From Octopus sinensis (Eukaryota), in assembly GCF_006345805.1 (NCBI RefSeq), contig NC_043020.1, forward strand, positions 13,826,001 through 13,890,000: DNA of 64,000 nt, read 5' to 3'. A program made the position numbers and the translations under genes. This document shows, in pieces, positions 41,978 to 55,569 of the stretch (positions are counted from its first letter, which is position 1; every line of letters begins with the position of its first letter). The notes below the pieces were generated by a model. The model saw nothing but the letters and a program-made list of their open reading frames with translations. It was not told the origin of the DNA and searched no databases.

Positions 41978-43137
41978 GTCTGTACTAATAAATGGTAAAT
42001 CTGTGACCAGGGATGTTTCTGGATGATACACAATGACTTTGAAAACATCTTCCTGCAACATCATGTTATAAACAGTTTACCTGTAAACATTTACCTTTAA
42101 GCATTTACCTCTTGTGATTAATCATCATCATCATCATCATCATTTAGCGTCTGCTTTCCATGCTAGCATGGGTTGGACGGTTCAACTGGGGTCTGTGAAG
42201 CCAGAAGGCTGCACCAGGCCCAGTCTGATCTGGCAGTGTTTCTACGACTGGATGCCCTTCCTAACGCCAACCACTCCGCGAGTGTAGTGGGTGCTTTTTA
42301 CGTGCCACCCGCACAAGTGCTAGACGGTGCTGGCAAACGAACAGATTGTGCTTTTAAAATATTGGGTTTCAAATTTTGGTGTATTTAAGGAAGTGGCTTA
42401 TGCCAGGGGCTGGAAGGTTAACCCTTTAGCATTTAAACCGGCCATATCTGGCCAAAATATTCTACCTATTTTATGTTCAAACTAGTCAGATATAGTCATT
42501 CATAGCTATCTTATTGTGTCATTTTAAAAATTAACAATCACATCATTGAAATCTCAAAGCCATGAAAAGATGCAAGATTAATTTTACATGGTGTAAAATA
42601 AGCTTTACATTTTACAGAATAATGGATGGATGGAATATATGCATCTCTGCTCTCATATAATTATAATTACAGCAACCGAGATGGTTCTTTAATTAAAAGA
42701 ATGATGATGGAAGGATGGGTGTTGGGAAATTGGTCTTGGAGACAGTACAGCTTGAATATAGGAGTATTGAGAAAATATGTTTCAAGGACCTCGTTCTTGC
42801 CTGGAATGAACAAATCTTAAACACAATGAAATTCCATTTATCTCTATGAACGCCTTGGGCCAGCGCCGCCTTTGCTGGCTTCCGTGCCGCTGGCACGTTA
42901 AAAGCTCCAACCGATCGTGGCCGATGCCGGATCCCCCCTGGCACCTGTGCAGGTGGCACGTAAAAAGCACCCACTACACTCGCGGAGTGGTTGGCGTTAG
43001 GAAGGGCATCCAGCCGTAGAAACTCTGCCAGATCAGACTGGAGCCCGGAGCAGCCCCTGGCTTCCCAGATCCCCGGTCGAACCATCCAACCCGTGCTAGC
43101 GCGGAAAACGGACGTTAAACGATGATGATGATGAAGT

Positions 43138-43455
43138 TCAACATCCTGAGGTTGGTTCTTCACTACTTCATCCCGTGTCTTCCTGGGTCTCCCTCTTCTA
43201 CAAGTCCCATCCACATTTAGCAACTGACACTTTCTATGGCTGTTCTCTCACCCATGTGCATCAAAGACTCCATACCCTTGCAGTCTTCTCTCTTACACAC
43301 TACATTCGACGCCTCTTAAGCTCAGTTTTTCTCTCAATGCATTTGCACTTCTTGTATGCACACTGATATTGCACATCCTGCAGAGGCATGTTTAGCTTCA
43401 TTCCTTTCTAGTTTCTCCATACCTTCTGCATGTTTCACTGCCATATAATATCATT
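43138..43455 (-). mobile_element. RTE LINE ORF C-terminal fragment
   Basis: VDGTCRRGRPRKTRDEVVK. Confidence 0.75.
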
Positions 43456-43467
43456 GCTTGTATCATA

Positions 43468-43537
<70 letters not shown>

Positions 43538-43944
43538 ATAGGCGCAGGAGTGGCTGTGTGGTAAGTAGCTTGCTAACCAACCACATGGTTCTGGGTTCAG
43601 TCCCACTGCGTGGCAACTTGGGCAAGTTTTTCTGCTATAACCCCGGGCTGACCAATGCCTTGTGAGTGGATTTGGTAGATGGAAACTGAAAGAAGCCTGT
43701 TGTATATATCTATGTGTGTGTGTGTGTGTGTTTGTCCCCCTAGCATTGCTTGACAACCGATGCTGGTGTGTTTACGTCCCTGTCACTTAGCGGTTCGGCA
43801 AAAGAGACCGATAGAATAAGTACTGGGCTTACAAAGAATAGGTCCCGGGGTCGAGTTGCTCGATTAAAGGTGGTGCTCCAGCATGGCCGCAGTCAAATGA
43901 CTGAAACAAGTAAAAGAGTAATATATATATATATATACACACAG

Positions 43945-44715
43945 ATAAATCCATTTTTATTAAAGCTGCAAAATCTTTACAAACAGTTTTGTGAAAATTT
44001 TACAGTTTTAACAAAAGCATATTACTCTGCCTTAGGTATTCCAGTACTATTTCTTTCTACCTCCTTTTGCGTGGCATCCTATACAAGACAGTGCTACTGA
44101 TGTTTATAGCCCCATGGAAAGACATCTCCTCCAGCTGGCTAACGACACACATTCTGTGCTCTATTAGTATTTGTGAGAGGGGGTCATTGTTCCCATCTTT
44201 AGCTTTACATGATACACATGGACTCGAGTTTCTGGGCAGTTACCCGTCTTCAGCATGTGTTAATCACTAGCTCATTCCACTTGCTAATTACTATATATTT
44301 TTCTAACGACTCACTGTCGCTGATCCCGTAGAAGACAGAGAATGTTATATTAAATCTCTGAGCGAGATATAAACAGTAGCAGTGTACGGAACCGTAACAT
44401 ATTTACCAACTAAGTGTGGCATCCTATATAGGTCAGTGCTACTGATGTTTATTGCCCCAGGAAGACATCTCCTCCAGCTGGCTAATGACACACATTCTGT
44501 GTCCGATTAGTATTTGCCAGGAGAGGTCCGTGATGCACATGGACTTCAGTTTCTGAGGGGTTACCCATCCTCAGCATGAGTTAATCACCAGCTAGTGATG
44601 GAAGTTTATTCCACTTGCAAATTGCTATATATTTTCTAGTGGCTCTCTGTTGCTGATCTCGTAGAAGAGAGCGAATGTTATATTAAATCTCTGAGCAAGA
44701 TATAAGCAGTACATA
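43945..44715. repeat. Unclassified about 300-bp repeat in two tandem copies, with flank duplicated at 47030-47735
   Basis: GACATCTCCTCCAGCTGGCTAA... at about 44120, 44465 and 47505. Confidence 0.75.
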
Positions 44716-44835
44716 CATACAATGACTGAGCAAGATTTTGATGAATCTTTATTCAATGATAAAAAATCCAAATATCATGACAAATATGTTTCATGACTCA
44801 AAAAGCTTGTAAATAACTTATGTTATCATATTTAA

Positions 44836-45207
44836 TCTCTCTATATATAAACTGCAAAATGTCTGTCTGTGTGTGTGTCCTTTATACAAATCCACAATTT
44901 TTCAGTTAGTGGGCTCGCACTTTCATTGGTCATTCAAAACCGTCCAAGGGTGGTCGTGCACATCTTTACATTTCCCCAGTCACCCCGCAAAGCCATTAAA
45001 AAGCCAATAGAAGTGACTTTTTTGTGAATTTTCTATCCATCCAAAACCCAATCAAAATACCCGAAACTTGATACGCCAATTGAATGCCAGCTAGCTGTAT
45101 GTAACTGGTCGGAGATTTGGACAGTGCTCGCGTGTATGTGCGCATGCACGCAGCTGTATATGCATGCACTAGCACTATGACCCGGCGTTGCCAGGTCATA
45201 GTGCTAG
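44836..45207 (+). mobile_element. Non-autonomous Helitron, intact ends
   Basis: A|TC...GCACTATGACC/GGTCATAGTGC hairpin overlapping CTAG|T; a second copy at 48133-48472 lacks the hairpin. Confidence 0.85.
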
Positions 45208-46052
45208 TAATAAATAAATTATTTAAATATCTGCACTAATACAAAATGTAAAAAATTCTTTCATAGTTTGAGCTATGTCATCAGGTGAAATAGATTTTAG
45301 AAGGATGCATTCGAGAAACAGAAGTTTTTATCTGAGATTGCATTAAGGACATATACACACATGATGCACCCCAATATCAGCAGCATATATTCAGAAAAAA
45401 AAGGGATCATCAAAGACGCTTATGGGAGACACAACTTCACATAAGGGACCTGCCATGATTTTTCTGAGACATTTTCCCAAGGAAAATAGCGCTTCGTCCG
45501 TGCCATCTAAATACTCTCTTTACTCTCTTTTACTTGTTTCAGTCATTTGACTGTGGCCATGCTGGAGCACCACCTTTAGTCGAGCAAATCGACCCCGGGA
45601 CTTATTCTTTGTAAGCCCAGTGCTTATTCTATCGGTCTCCTTTGCCGAACCGCTAAGTGACGGGGACGTAAACACACCAGCATCGGTTGTCAAGCAATGC
45701 TAGGGGGACAAACACAGACACACAAACACACACACACACATATATATATATATACATATATACGACGGGCTTCTTTCAGTTTCCGTCTACCAAATCCACT
45801 CACAAGGCATTGGTCGGCCCGAGGCTATAGTAGAAGACACTTGCCCAAGATGCCACGCAGTGGGACTGAACCCGGAACCATGTGGTTGGTAAGCAAGCTA
45901 CTTACCGCACAGCCACTCCTGCGGGTAATATCATAATATTCTGTTTGTTTCTGTAAAAATACAACCAAATCTGTTTGCTGTTAAACCACGAATTCTTTTA
46001 TCTAAATTGTTTTTTTTTCATTAACTTTGATGCTTCTTTGATGTTTTTTCAG

Positions 46053-46137
46053 ATTGGTCATGAACCTATGAAATTGTACCAAACACGGACATTTACTGGG
46101 AAACCAATGTTAGCCTACCCCAGTGTGTTCCGATATA
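46053..46137 (+). CDS. MTCH2: MTCH coding exon 2 (IGHEPMKLYQTRTFTGKPMLAYPSVFRY)
   Basis: TTTTTTCAG| and |GTAAGA; 85 nt, phase 0 to 1; similar to VGYEPLPPTIGRNIFGRQVCQLPGLFSY. Confidence 0.92.
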
Positions 46138-47187
46138 GTAAGAAACTTTACTTTTCAATTCTTGGCTTAAGATTTTAAAATAATGAGACGTCTTATATAT
46201 GAGCTCTTCAGTTTGTTTTGCGTGTTTGAATGTATGTGTGTGTGTAGCGCCACCTCGACTGGCTTCTGTGCCGGTGGCACATAAAAAGCACCATCCGAAC
46301 GTGGCTGATGCCAGCCCCGCCATAGCTGGCTTCCGTGCCGGTGGCACATAAAAAGCACCATCCGAACATGGCCGATGCCAGCACCGCCTCGACTGGCTTC
46401 TGTGCCGGTGGCACATAAAAAGCACCATCCGAACGTGGCCAATGCCAGCGCCGCCATGGCTGGCTTCCGTGCCGGTGGCACGTTAAAAGCACCAACCGAT
46501 CGTGGCCGATGCCAGACTCCCCTGGCACGTAAAAAGCATCCACTACACTCGCGGAGTGGTTGGCGTTAGGAAGGGCATCCAGCTGTAGAAACACTGCCAG
46601 ATCAGACTGGAGCCTGGTGCAGCCCCTGGCTTCCCAGACCCTGGTCGAACCGTCCAACCCATGCTAGCGCGGAAAACGGACGTTAAACGATGATGATGAT
46701 GATGATGATGAATATAAATAATATATAAATATATGTATATATACATATATGTACATAGCTACATATATATGTATATATACATGCATATATGGGTACAGGA
46801 CATCAAAAAAACGTTGAACACAATGAGAAACGAAAACATAAAAACAAAATCATGGAAAACGAACTTTTTTTCGAACAACAAAAAAGAGAAATGAGACATG
46901 CTACATAAAGGTGAAATGTTTAGCAGTATTTCGTCTGTCTTTATATTCTTTACTGTGCCTTTCATCCTTTCGGGGGGGTCAATAAATTAAGTACCAGTTA
47001 TGTGCTGGGGTCGATCTAATAAACTGGCCGTAAATTTTTATTATAGCTGCAAAATCTTTACAAACTGTTTTGTGAAGATTTTGCAGTTTTAGCAAAAGCA
47101 TATTACTCTGCCTTAGGTATTCCAGTACTATTTCTTTCTACCTCCTTTTGCATTTATGTGCTTATTTGTGTATGTGTATATATATAT

Positions 47188-47418
47188 ATTTCTTTACTAC
47201 CCACAAGGGGCTAAACACAGAGGAGACAAACAAGGACAGACAAACGGATTAAGTCGATTACATTGACCCCAGTGCGTAACTGGTACTTAATTTATCGACC
47301 CCGGAAGGATGAAAGGCAAAGTCGACCTCGGCGGAATTTGAACTCGGAACGTAACGGCAGACGAAATACAGCAACGCATTTCGCCCGGCATGCTAACGTT
47401 TCTGCCAGCTCGCCGCCT
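47188..47418 (-). mobile_element. SINE family A, full copy
   Basis: Reverse complement of 1-231. Confidence 0.85.
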
Positions 47419-49783
47419 TTATGTGTATGTGTATATATATATTTGCCAACTAAGTGCGGCGTCCTATACAAGACAGTGCTACTGATGTTTATAGCCCCAT
47501 GGAAAGACATCTCCTCCAGCTGGCTAACGACACACATTCTGTGCCCGATTAGTATTTGTGAGAGGGGGATCATTGCTCCCATCTCTAGCTTTACATGATA
47601 CACATGGACTTGAGTTTCTGGGCAGTTACCCGTCTTCAGCATGTGTTAATCACTAGCTCATTCCACTTGCTAATTACTATATATTTTTCTAACGACTCAC
47701 TGTCACTGATCTCATAGAAGAGAGAAAATGTTATACGGTGGCACGTAAGAGAACCACCCGAATGATGATGATGATTCTCTCTCTTATGTTATTTTATCCC
47801 CCAAAAAATTTTGGGCCTTGTGCCTAGAGTAGGAAAGAGTGTCATGTCCTCCATATTCCTCTCTCAACTGAGAGGTCCTATTTTTGCGGGCTTGTGGATG
47901 CTGGTACCATGCAAAAGCACCTCTGCCAGTGCTGCATGAAAGTGCTGGTGCCATGTTTAAAGCCTCCAGTACACTCTGTAAAGAGGTTGGCTTTAGAAAG
48001 GGTATCCAGCCATAGAAACCATGCCAAAACAGACAAACCTGAGTCCAGGCAGCTCTGCAGCTGGCCAATTCCTGTCAAACTTTCCAACCCATGCCAGCAT
48101 GCAGAGTAGACATTAAATGAGGTGGATGATGATCCCTCTATATATAAACGGCAAAATGTCTGTGTGTGTGTCCTTTATACAAATCCACAATTTTTCAGTT
48201 AGAGGGCCCGCACTTTCTATGGTCATTCAAAACCGTCCAAGGGTGGTCGTGCACATCTTTACATTTCCCCAGTCATCCCGCAAAGCCATTAAAAGATCAA
48301 TAGAAGTGATTTTTTTGTGAATTTTCTATCCAAAACCCAATCAAAATGCCCGAAACTTGATACGTCAATTGAATGCCAGCTAGCTGTATGTGATTGGTCG
48401 GAGATTTGGACAGTGCTTGCGCGTATGTGCGCATGCACGCAGCTGTATATGCATGCACTAGCATAGTGCTAGTATACCATAAAAAGTCAGGAGGTATGAG
48501 AGGTGAATATATTTTTTTAACCCCTTGATATCTGTAGGATTATGGCCCTTTCACAGCCATCATCATGTAATAATAATTTCACTGTATAATAAATTATTTT
48601 ACATGTCTGCACCTATATGCATGCTACACGTTACACATTACAATTCTACATTTACAAATCAATGTAGATAGAGTAGTCCAGCTCTTCAGATCACCAGAAC
48701 ATCATGATTACACCAATGCTTCAATCCTGCATATATGTACTTAAGTTTATCTAAGCTCTGTAAACGAACTAGGGAGGTTGGTCCTCCAACCTTGTTTGTC
48801 AGTGTTACTCAAAACACCAGAGTTAGGGGGGAAAATCACACACCAAAACATTTGACATTTATGTGAACACTGGGGTCCAGAATTGCTACCCTTGTGGCAA
48901 AATTTGAAACCATTATTATTACACCCATAAAATTATTAACCATCTTACAAACAATAACTCTGAGCACCTTTCAAACTCCACCCGTCTAACACCCGTGGAC
49001 ATATTTACAAAGTCAGAAAACAGCACAGCTCCCATGACTTTCGGAAACATTTTTTCACGCTGAGAGTTGCTGAAGCATGGAACAAACTGCCGGCATCAGT
49101 TGTTAGTTGTCGGAGCACTGCATCCTTCAAAACTTCCATGCTTCCTGAGATTCGCCAACACTACACCTGATTCTCTTCCCTCCATACACACACAAGCATG
49201 TATCTGACTCATACATTGTTTGCTTTCCAGACATTTGTGCATTACTGCATATACTTTATACGCACTTTCTGACAAGTTGTGGTGCACCTGAGCACTGTAT
49301 ACAATAATTTCATCATATATATATTATTATTATTGAGTGAGAGAGCAGCATATGCCATCAAAGTGACACTGGGGTGCAAATATATGAAGCCCAATATACC
49401 CCATCATGACTACCCACCTGATAAAAGTATAACCAGGCACATGCATCACAACCATATGTGCATGACATGGTGATCTCATATGAAGATAAACAGTGCATGA
49501 CCTTGCAGGTGGGGGCCCAGTTAGAATTTTCTTCAGGTTGAGTAGCTCATCTTGCTCAAAAGGTCCCTGTGATATTAAGCAGAATTGCTGCAGCCCATCT
49601 TTTATACCAGAATCAAACATGTACAATGATAATAACACCTCAATCAGTTTAGATCAAAAGCCATGAGAGCTAGTGCCTGGTACTGCACCAGGTATTTTTG
49701 TTGTTGTTGTTGTCATCATTATTATTATTATTATTATTTTGTTCATCATGTGCAAGTGTGTGTATGTATTCATAATTATATTT

Positions 49784-50190
49784 GGATCTTTTCGGTTTGA
49801 ACGGCAGTTTTTTAACATAATTTCCACGTGACTAAACACTTTTAAACTTTGTATACTGGTAGAATGTGTTTATAAAACATCTTTTTCTCTTGGCTTTATT
49901 GAGAAAATTCTATAATTTGTAAGATATTTGTTGTTGTTTTTTTCTTCAATTTCTGCAATTTCAACCAATCAATGACGTCTATTGAGGTGAAAACATTCTG
50001 TGCTGTATGAATATGTCCCTCGTTTAAGAAACAGATTGGGTTTATTTACATTTCTTAAGAAAAAAGGATACCCTTCCCCCTAACCCTAAAACAGATTGAA
50101 ATGCAATAGATCGATACTAGGGTCATAATTATGGGTGACAATTTCATGTGACACCGCTAGAAAAAACTGCCATTCAAACCGGAAAGATCC
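49784..50190. mobile_element. MITE with 30-bp TIRs and an 8-bp TSD (Merlin-like)
   Basis: GGATCTTTTCGGTTTGAACGGCAGTTTTTT inverted with 2 mismatches; TTATATTT on both sides. Confidence 0.8.
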
Positions 50191-50928
50191 TTATATTTTA
50201 TTTTATACAATTTAAGAAAAATTGAAACTTGTTATTTTAACAATTCTGGAGTGTATTGAATTTACTTTGTGCATGACCTTTGACCCACCCTGTACATGAG
50301 GAGTTATCTCCCATTAGATTTGCTACTAACAACAAAACTATTGATTTCCTTTGATTCCATATCTGGATATATTTAGATTTGTTGGAATTCGCATCATCAG
50401 TTTGGAACCCCTATCTTGCTCAGAACATTGACCTCCTGGAATCTGTTCAGAGACGTGCCACCAAACGCATACCCTCCATCAGACACCTACCATACTCTGA
50501 GCGCCTTGTTTCCCTGGGCATGGATCCACTGAAGCTCTGGCGACGGACTTGGTAAACGCCCACAAAGTTGTCAACCACCTCACCAACAACAACACTGAAC
50601 ACCTTTTTGATCTCCATGTGTCCAACACACGTGGACATGCCTACAAAGTCAGAAAACAACACAGCTCCCATGACTTTCGGAAACATTTTTTCATGCTCAG
50701 AGTTGCTGAAGCATGGAATAAACTGCCTGCGTCAGTTGTTGACTGCCATGACACTGCATCCTTTAAGGCCCTCATGCTTTCCGAAATCCGTCGAAACTAC
50801 ACCTGATTATATATGCACTTTAGATGAGTTGTAGTGCACCTGAGCACTGTACACAATGTTTATTATTATTATTATTATTATTCTTTCTCCTATTTAACTA
50901 TTGAAATTGTATCCAATTTATTTCCCAG

Positions 50929-51035
50929 TTGGACATATCTACCATGTAGATGGCTTCTTTGGGCTTTACAAAGGATTGGTTCCAAAGGTGTTGGCTGGAG
51001 CTGCTGGAAGTATTATCCAAAATAAAATCCTTTTG
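50929..51035 (+). CDS. MTCH2: MTCH coding exon 3 (IGHIYHVDGFFGLYKGLVPKVLAGAAGSIIQNKILL)
   Basis: TTTCCCAG| and |GTAAGT; 107 nt, phase 1 to 0; SLC25 motif DGxxGLYKGLxP. Confidence 0.93.
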
Positions 51036-52111
51036 GTAAGTTTTTATCAGTGTTTTTATTATTATTATTATTAAAGTAACATGCTGATAAAAGACGGCGA
51101 GCTGGCAGAATCGTTAGCACGCCGAGTGAAATGCTTAGCAGTATTTTCGTCAGCCGCTATGTTCTGAGTTCAAATTCCGCAGAGGTCGACTTTACCTTTC
51201 ATCCTTTCTGAGTTCAAATTCTGCCAAGGTCAACTTTACCTTGCATCCTTTTGGGGTTGATAAAAGTAAGTACCAGTTGAACACTGGAGTCAGTATAATC
51301 AACTGACCCCTTGCCCCTAACTTGCTGGCCTTGTGCCAAAATTTGAAATCATCATCATCATTATTATTATTAATATTGTTGTTGTTGTTGAGTGAGAGAG
51401 CAGTGCATGCCATCAAAGTGACACTGGGGTAAAATATACGAAGCCCAGTATACCCATCATGACTACCCGTCTGATAAGGGTACACCAGGCACATGCATCA
51501 CAACCATATGTGCGCGACATGGTGATTTCATATCAAGATAAACAGCACATGACCTTGCAGGTGGGGCCCAGTTAGAATTTTCTTCTGGTCAGGTAATCCA
51601 TCCTGCTCAAAAGGTCCCTGAATAAGGGTTGTTTAAGGATGTTGAATGAAACACCCATGTTTCCAGAGGTAAATCATTCAAACCCCAAAGAATCCCTCTC
51701 AACACATGGCTATGATGCTCCCCCACTACTTCTTCTCGTGATCAGAGATGCACATATCGTCAGCCACTAAGGGACATGCTCAACTGGTTAAGGTCAAACA
51801 ACTGACAAGCAAATCTGTGGTATTGAGCAGAATATTTGCTGTAGCCCATCTTTTATACCAAGACTATTATTATTATTATTATTATATTACCTATTTCCAC
51901 AACTACATTCACACATGATACCACTAACTGGGTACTACTTCTCCACATTATATGTCTAACCATTCTCTCTGTTCTGTATCTATTTACAGCCATTATATAT
52001 ATATAAACTTCTCAACAAAGTCACCATTTAAACATTAAGCTACCATATCAACCCTGGAACTTCAATGACATTGCCAATATGCTAGAAATAGCAGCTAAAT
52101 TACACTCATCC

Positions 52112-52146
<35 letters not shown>

Positions 52147-52192
52147 AGTAGTAACCCCTAGCTATGTACCTCTATCTCTTTGTGTTGCACAG

Positions 52193-52315
52193 TCCCTAAA
52201 GACGGATGAGGATACTGATGTGAACGGTGATGAATCTGATGAAGAGATTTTGGCTGACCCAAACCAGGAAGATGATGCTGATGTTGTTATTACATTGAAG
52301 AAATTATCAAAAATT
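52193..52315 (+). CDS. MTCH2: MTCH coding exon 4, acidic loop (SLKTDEDTDVNGDESDEEILADPNQEDDADVVITLKKLSKI)
   Basis: TTGCACAG| and |GTAAGT; 123 nt, phase 0 to 0; bridges exons 3 and 5 in frame. Confidence 0.85.
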
Positions 52316-52424
52316 GTAAGTTGTCCCTAACTTTTTTATATCGGAGTGGGTATGACTAGCAGGAGGGATTCACTTAAACCTTTAACATTCAGATTTCTCT
52401 GTCAGATGTAATGCCAGATGTGGT

Positions 52425-53533
52425 TTAACCCTTTTGTTACCGTATTTATTTTGAGATGTGGAGGTGCAATGGCCCAGTGGTTAGGGCAGCTGACTCGCGG
52501 TCGTAGGATCGCGATTTCGATTCCCAGACCAGGCGTTCTGTTTATTGAGCGAAAACACCTAAAGCTCCACGAGGCTCCACGAGATCCCTGTGGCACACCA
52601 GATGTCATCTCATAGGGTGAAGAGTGTTGTCCTAGAACTGTGACAACTTCTTTTAAGGGTTGATAAAATAATGTATCAGTTGCGTACTGGGGTCAATGTA
52701 ATCGACTTTACCAGATACAGCTGTGCATTGTTAACCAGCTAGAGGAGATGTCCTCTTGAGATTAAAAAATTGCAGTATAGTCTGCTTGAATGGACAGCCA
52801 TGTTAAAGTGTCTACAAATATTACTTGTCAGTACATCTACTTCATTGATCTCCTAGAGAGATTTAAGAACTAACATTTTTGCTTTTTATACACACACACA
52901 CATACACATATATATATATATATATATACGTGTGTGTGTGTGTGTGGAGGTGCAATGGCCAAGTGGTTAAGGCAGTGGACTTGAATTTGTAGGATCACAG
53001 TTTCGATTCCCAGACCAGGTGTTGTGAGTGTTTATTGAGCGAAAACACCTAAAGCTCCACGAGGCTCCGGCAGGGGATGGTGGTGATCCCTGCTGTACTC
53101 TTTCGCCACAACTTTCTCTCACTCTTACTTCCTGTTTCTGTTGTACCTGTATTTCAAAGGGCCGGCCTTGTCACTCTCTGTGTCACGCTGAATATCCCCG
53201 AGAACTACGTTAAGGGTACACGTGTCTGTGGAGTGCTCAGCCACTTACACGTTAATTTCACGAGCAGGCTGTTCCGTTGATTGGATCAGCCAGAACCCTC
53301 ATCGTCGTAACCGACGGAGTGCTTCCATATTTTGAGATGCTCTGTGTTTCTTTCAATTAATTTTAAAATAACAAAGAATTTAGTAAAATAATTTAGTTAC
53401 CATTATGCTAGGGTTAAGAGCATAAATCGTGACTAAAGTTTGATGGAAGAATTTAATTCAAAATTTATGAAAACGGAACATTTGTACTACAGAGCCAGAG
53501 GCGGTTTCAGCGGGTTGGTATCGAAAGGGTTAA
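52425..53533. mobile_element. piggyBac-like MITE split by an 869-bp SINE C composite
   Basis: TTAA-CCCTTT and AAAGGG-TTAA ends; 12-bp duplication TATTTTGAGATG at 52447 and 53328. Confidence 0.7.
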
Positions 53534-53735
53534 ATGCTTCAAAGTTAAACACACACACACACACTCTTTTACATAAATATATACATTCAGGTACATATTT
53601 CAACACACCTACACTTACATCTAAGTACAGATGTGCCTAAACACATACACACACACACACAAAACTGAAGCTAAATCGCTCACCAATGTCTTATAAACAG
53701 ACACATTGGTCAGTATAGTCTCTGATATACAAATA

Positions 53736-54302
53736 TTGGGTTGTCCAGAAAGTCCGTGCCGATTTATAAAGGAAAAAAAAAGTTCAATAAATACTTGCCA
53801 TTACGTTTTTAATCAACCAAATATGAACCATTTTGTTGCACAATGCGTCTCCATCTTTCCTTTAACTTGAAAATACACTCTTCCCAGAATTGAGGTGGTT
53901 CTATGGCAAAGAATTCATCAAGGTACCTTTTTTACGTCATCCAAGGAATTGAAATTTTTACCATTAAGACTATTCTGCAGAGACCTGAATAAGTGGAAAT
54001 CCAAAGGAGCAATATCTGGTGAATATGGAGGGTGGAGTAACACATCCCAGCCGAGCTGCAGCAATTTTTGTCTGGTTCCCAAAGCATGAAGTGCCGAAAA
54101 TGAACTTTCTTATCTTCCATTTTAAAGGGTTACAGAATTAACACAGGTTATAGGAACATAAATCTTCTTCTACAAAAAGATAGCTTAAACTATGCTCTAA
54201 ATGGGGGTGTAGTCAAATCCTATTTTATGGACTCGACCATGTTCTAAAATAAGTCGAAAGGTAAGCTACTATAAATCGGCATGAACTTTCCGGACAACCC
54301 AA
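53736..54302 (-). mobile_element. Internally deleted mariner element
   Basis: About 30-bp TIRs, TA TSD, minus-strand LHPPYSPDIAPLDFHLFRSL. Confidence 0.9.
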
Positions 54303-54465
54303 TAGATCGAATGGCCATTTCTGGAGCATCTTTGATCATATGTCTGTTCAGTCAGGACTGGTCTGACTCTGGCAAATACCAGTAAAATATACAGTAACCA
54401 TGAGGCAGACAGTTACACAATCACCTTGAAATACCAGATCTTCAGAAGAAAATAATAATTTAATC

Positions 54466-55051
54466 CAGGGTTCTCAACCATTTTTTACCTATGGATCCCT
54501 TAGAATCTTATTTTATTCTGGTGGACCCCCCCATTGTCATTCAATGTTTAAAAACTAGTTTTATAGAAATTTCTTTCAAAATTCCTATTTTGTACGTTTA
54601 AATATTTGTTGTGCAAGATTTTTTATGTGAAGTCGTGTGTTGAAACAGATATTGTTATATTTCGGAATGGTCATATTGCCAGTTTAGCCAATAAAACAAA
54701 GGACCACTGATGCGGTCACAGGAGTGTGACGAAAGAACTCTGGCCGAAATAAATATCACTGAAGCAAAATAACATCAAATATATAGTGCGTGTGTTTTTA
54801 TTGGCTAAACTGGCAATATGACCATTCTGAAATATAACAATATTCCTATTTTGTCTTTCACACATTAACTTGTGTAGTTTGGTTTATGTAAGATGTTAGA
54901 GAAAGAAACCTTCCTGTTTCTTGCAATATATACCTATACATCTAAAGCAAAATTTTTTCAGGAGCCCTTAAAATATTACTGTGGACCTAATGTACTATTT
55001 TGAGTGTCTGGACCCCAAAAATCTTTTACGGACCCCAGTTGCAAACCACTG
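54466..55051. mobile_element. hAT-like MITE with a nested fold-back element
   Basis: CAGGGTTCTCAACC/GTTGCAAACCACTG ends; flanks ATTTAATC/ATTTAACC (7 of 8 match). Confidence 0.65.
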
Positions 55052-55569
55052 ATTTAACCCATTATTTACCAACCCCTGTTGGTAGACGGTGCTAAATGAA
55101 ACTTGTTCCTGGCATATATTTGAGTATTGTGACTCAACAATGCATAAAACTGAACATAGCACCAACTCCAGGAAGTGTTTTGTAAGAACTGACCAAGCCA
55201 ATGAGGGAGCCTCTATTCAGTTGTCCCACTTGATTTGCTAGAAATAACAGCTAAATTTCCTTCAAACTACACTCCAGTTTCTTAAAAAGAAAAAAAGGAC
55301 ACAAATGAATAATGTAACCCAGAGTACTTTGTTGCTGAAAATAAGCAGGGATGGTCATGACCTGGCTACCTTTGATCATGGGTCTGTTCAATCAAGATTG
55401 ACCTGGGGTTAAACAGCAACAAACACAGACTGTTAAGTACTTGATTCCTTCGTATTATTAAATGTGACACTCATCTGTAACTATCACATGAAGTCAAGAC
55501 AAGGAAACACAAACATACATATACTCAGACACTTAAACATATATACGTATATATCATCATCATCGTCCT

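Noticed and set aside
42693-46657. ORFs of 110-176 aa in SINE and RTE-tail copies (LDALPNANHS...)
   Set aside because: Recurrent chance frames in multi-copy non-coding repeats.
52193-52315. ABCA-transporter-like DEDV...LKKLSKI linker
   Set aside because: The flanking exons are clearly MTCH and no Walker motifs follow.
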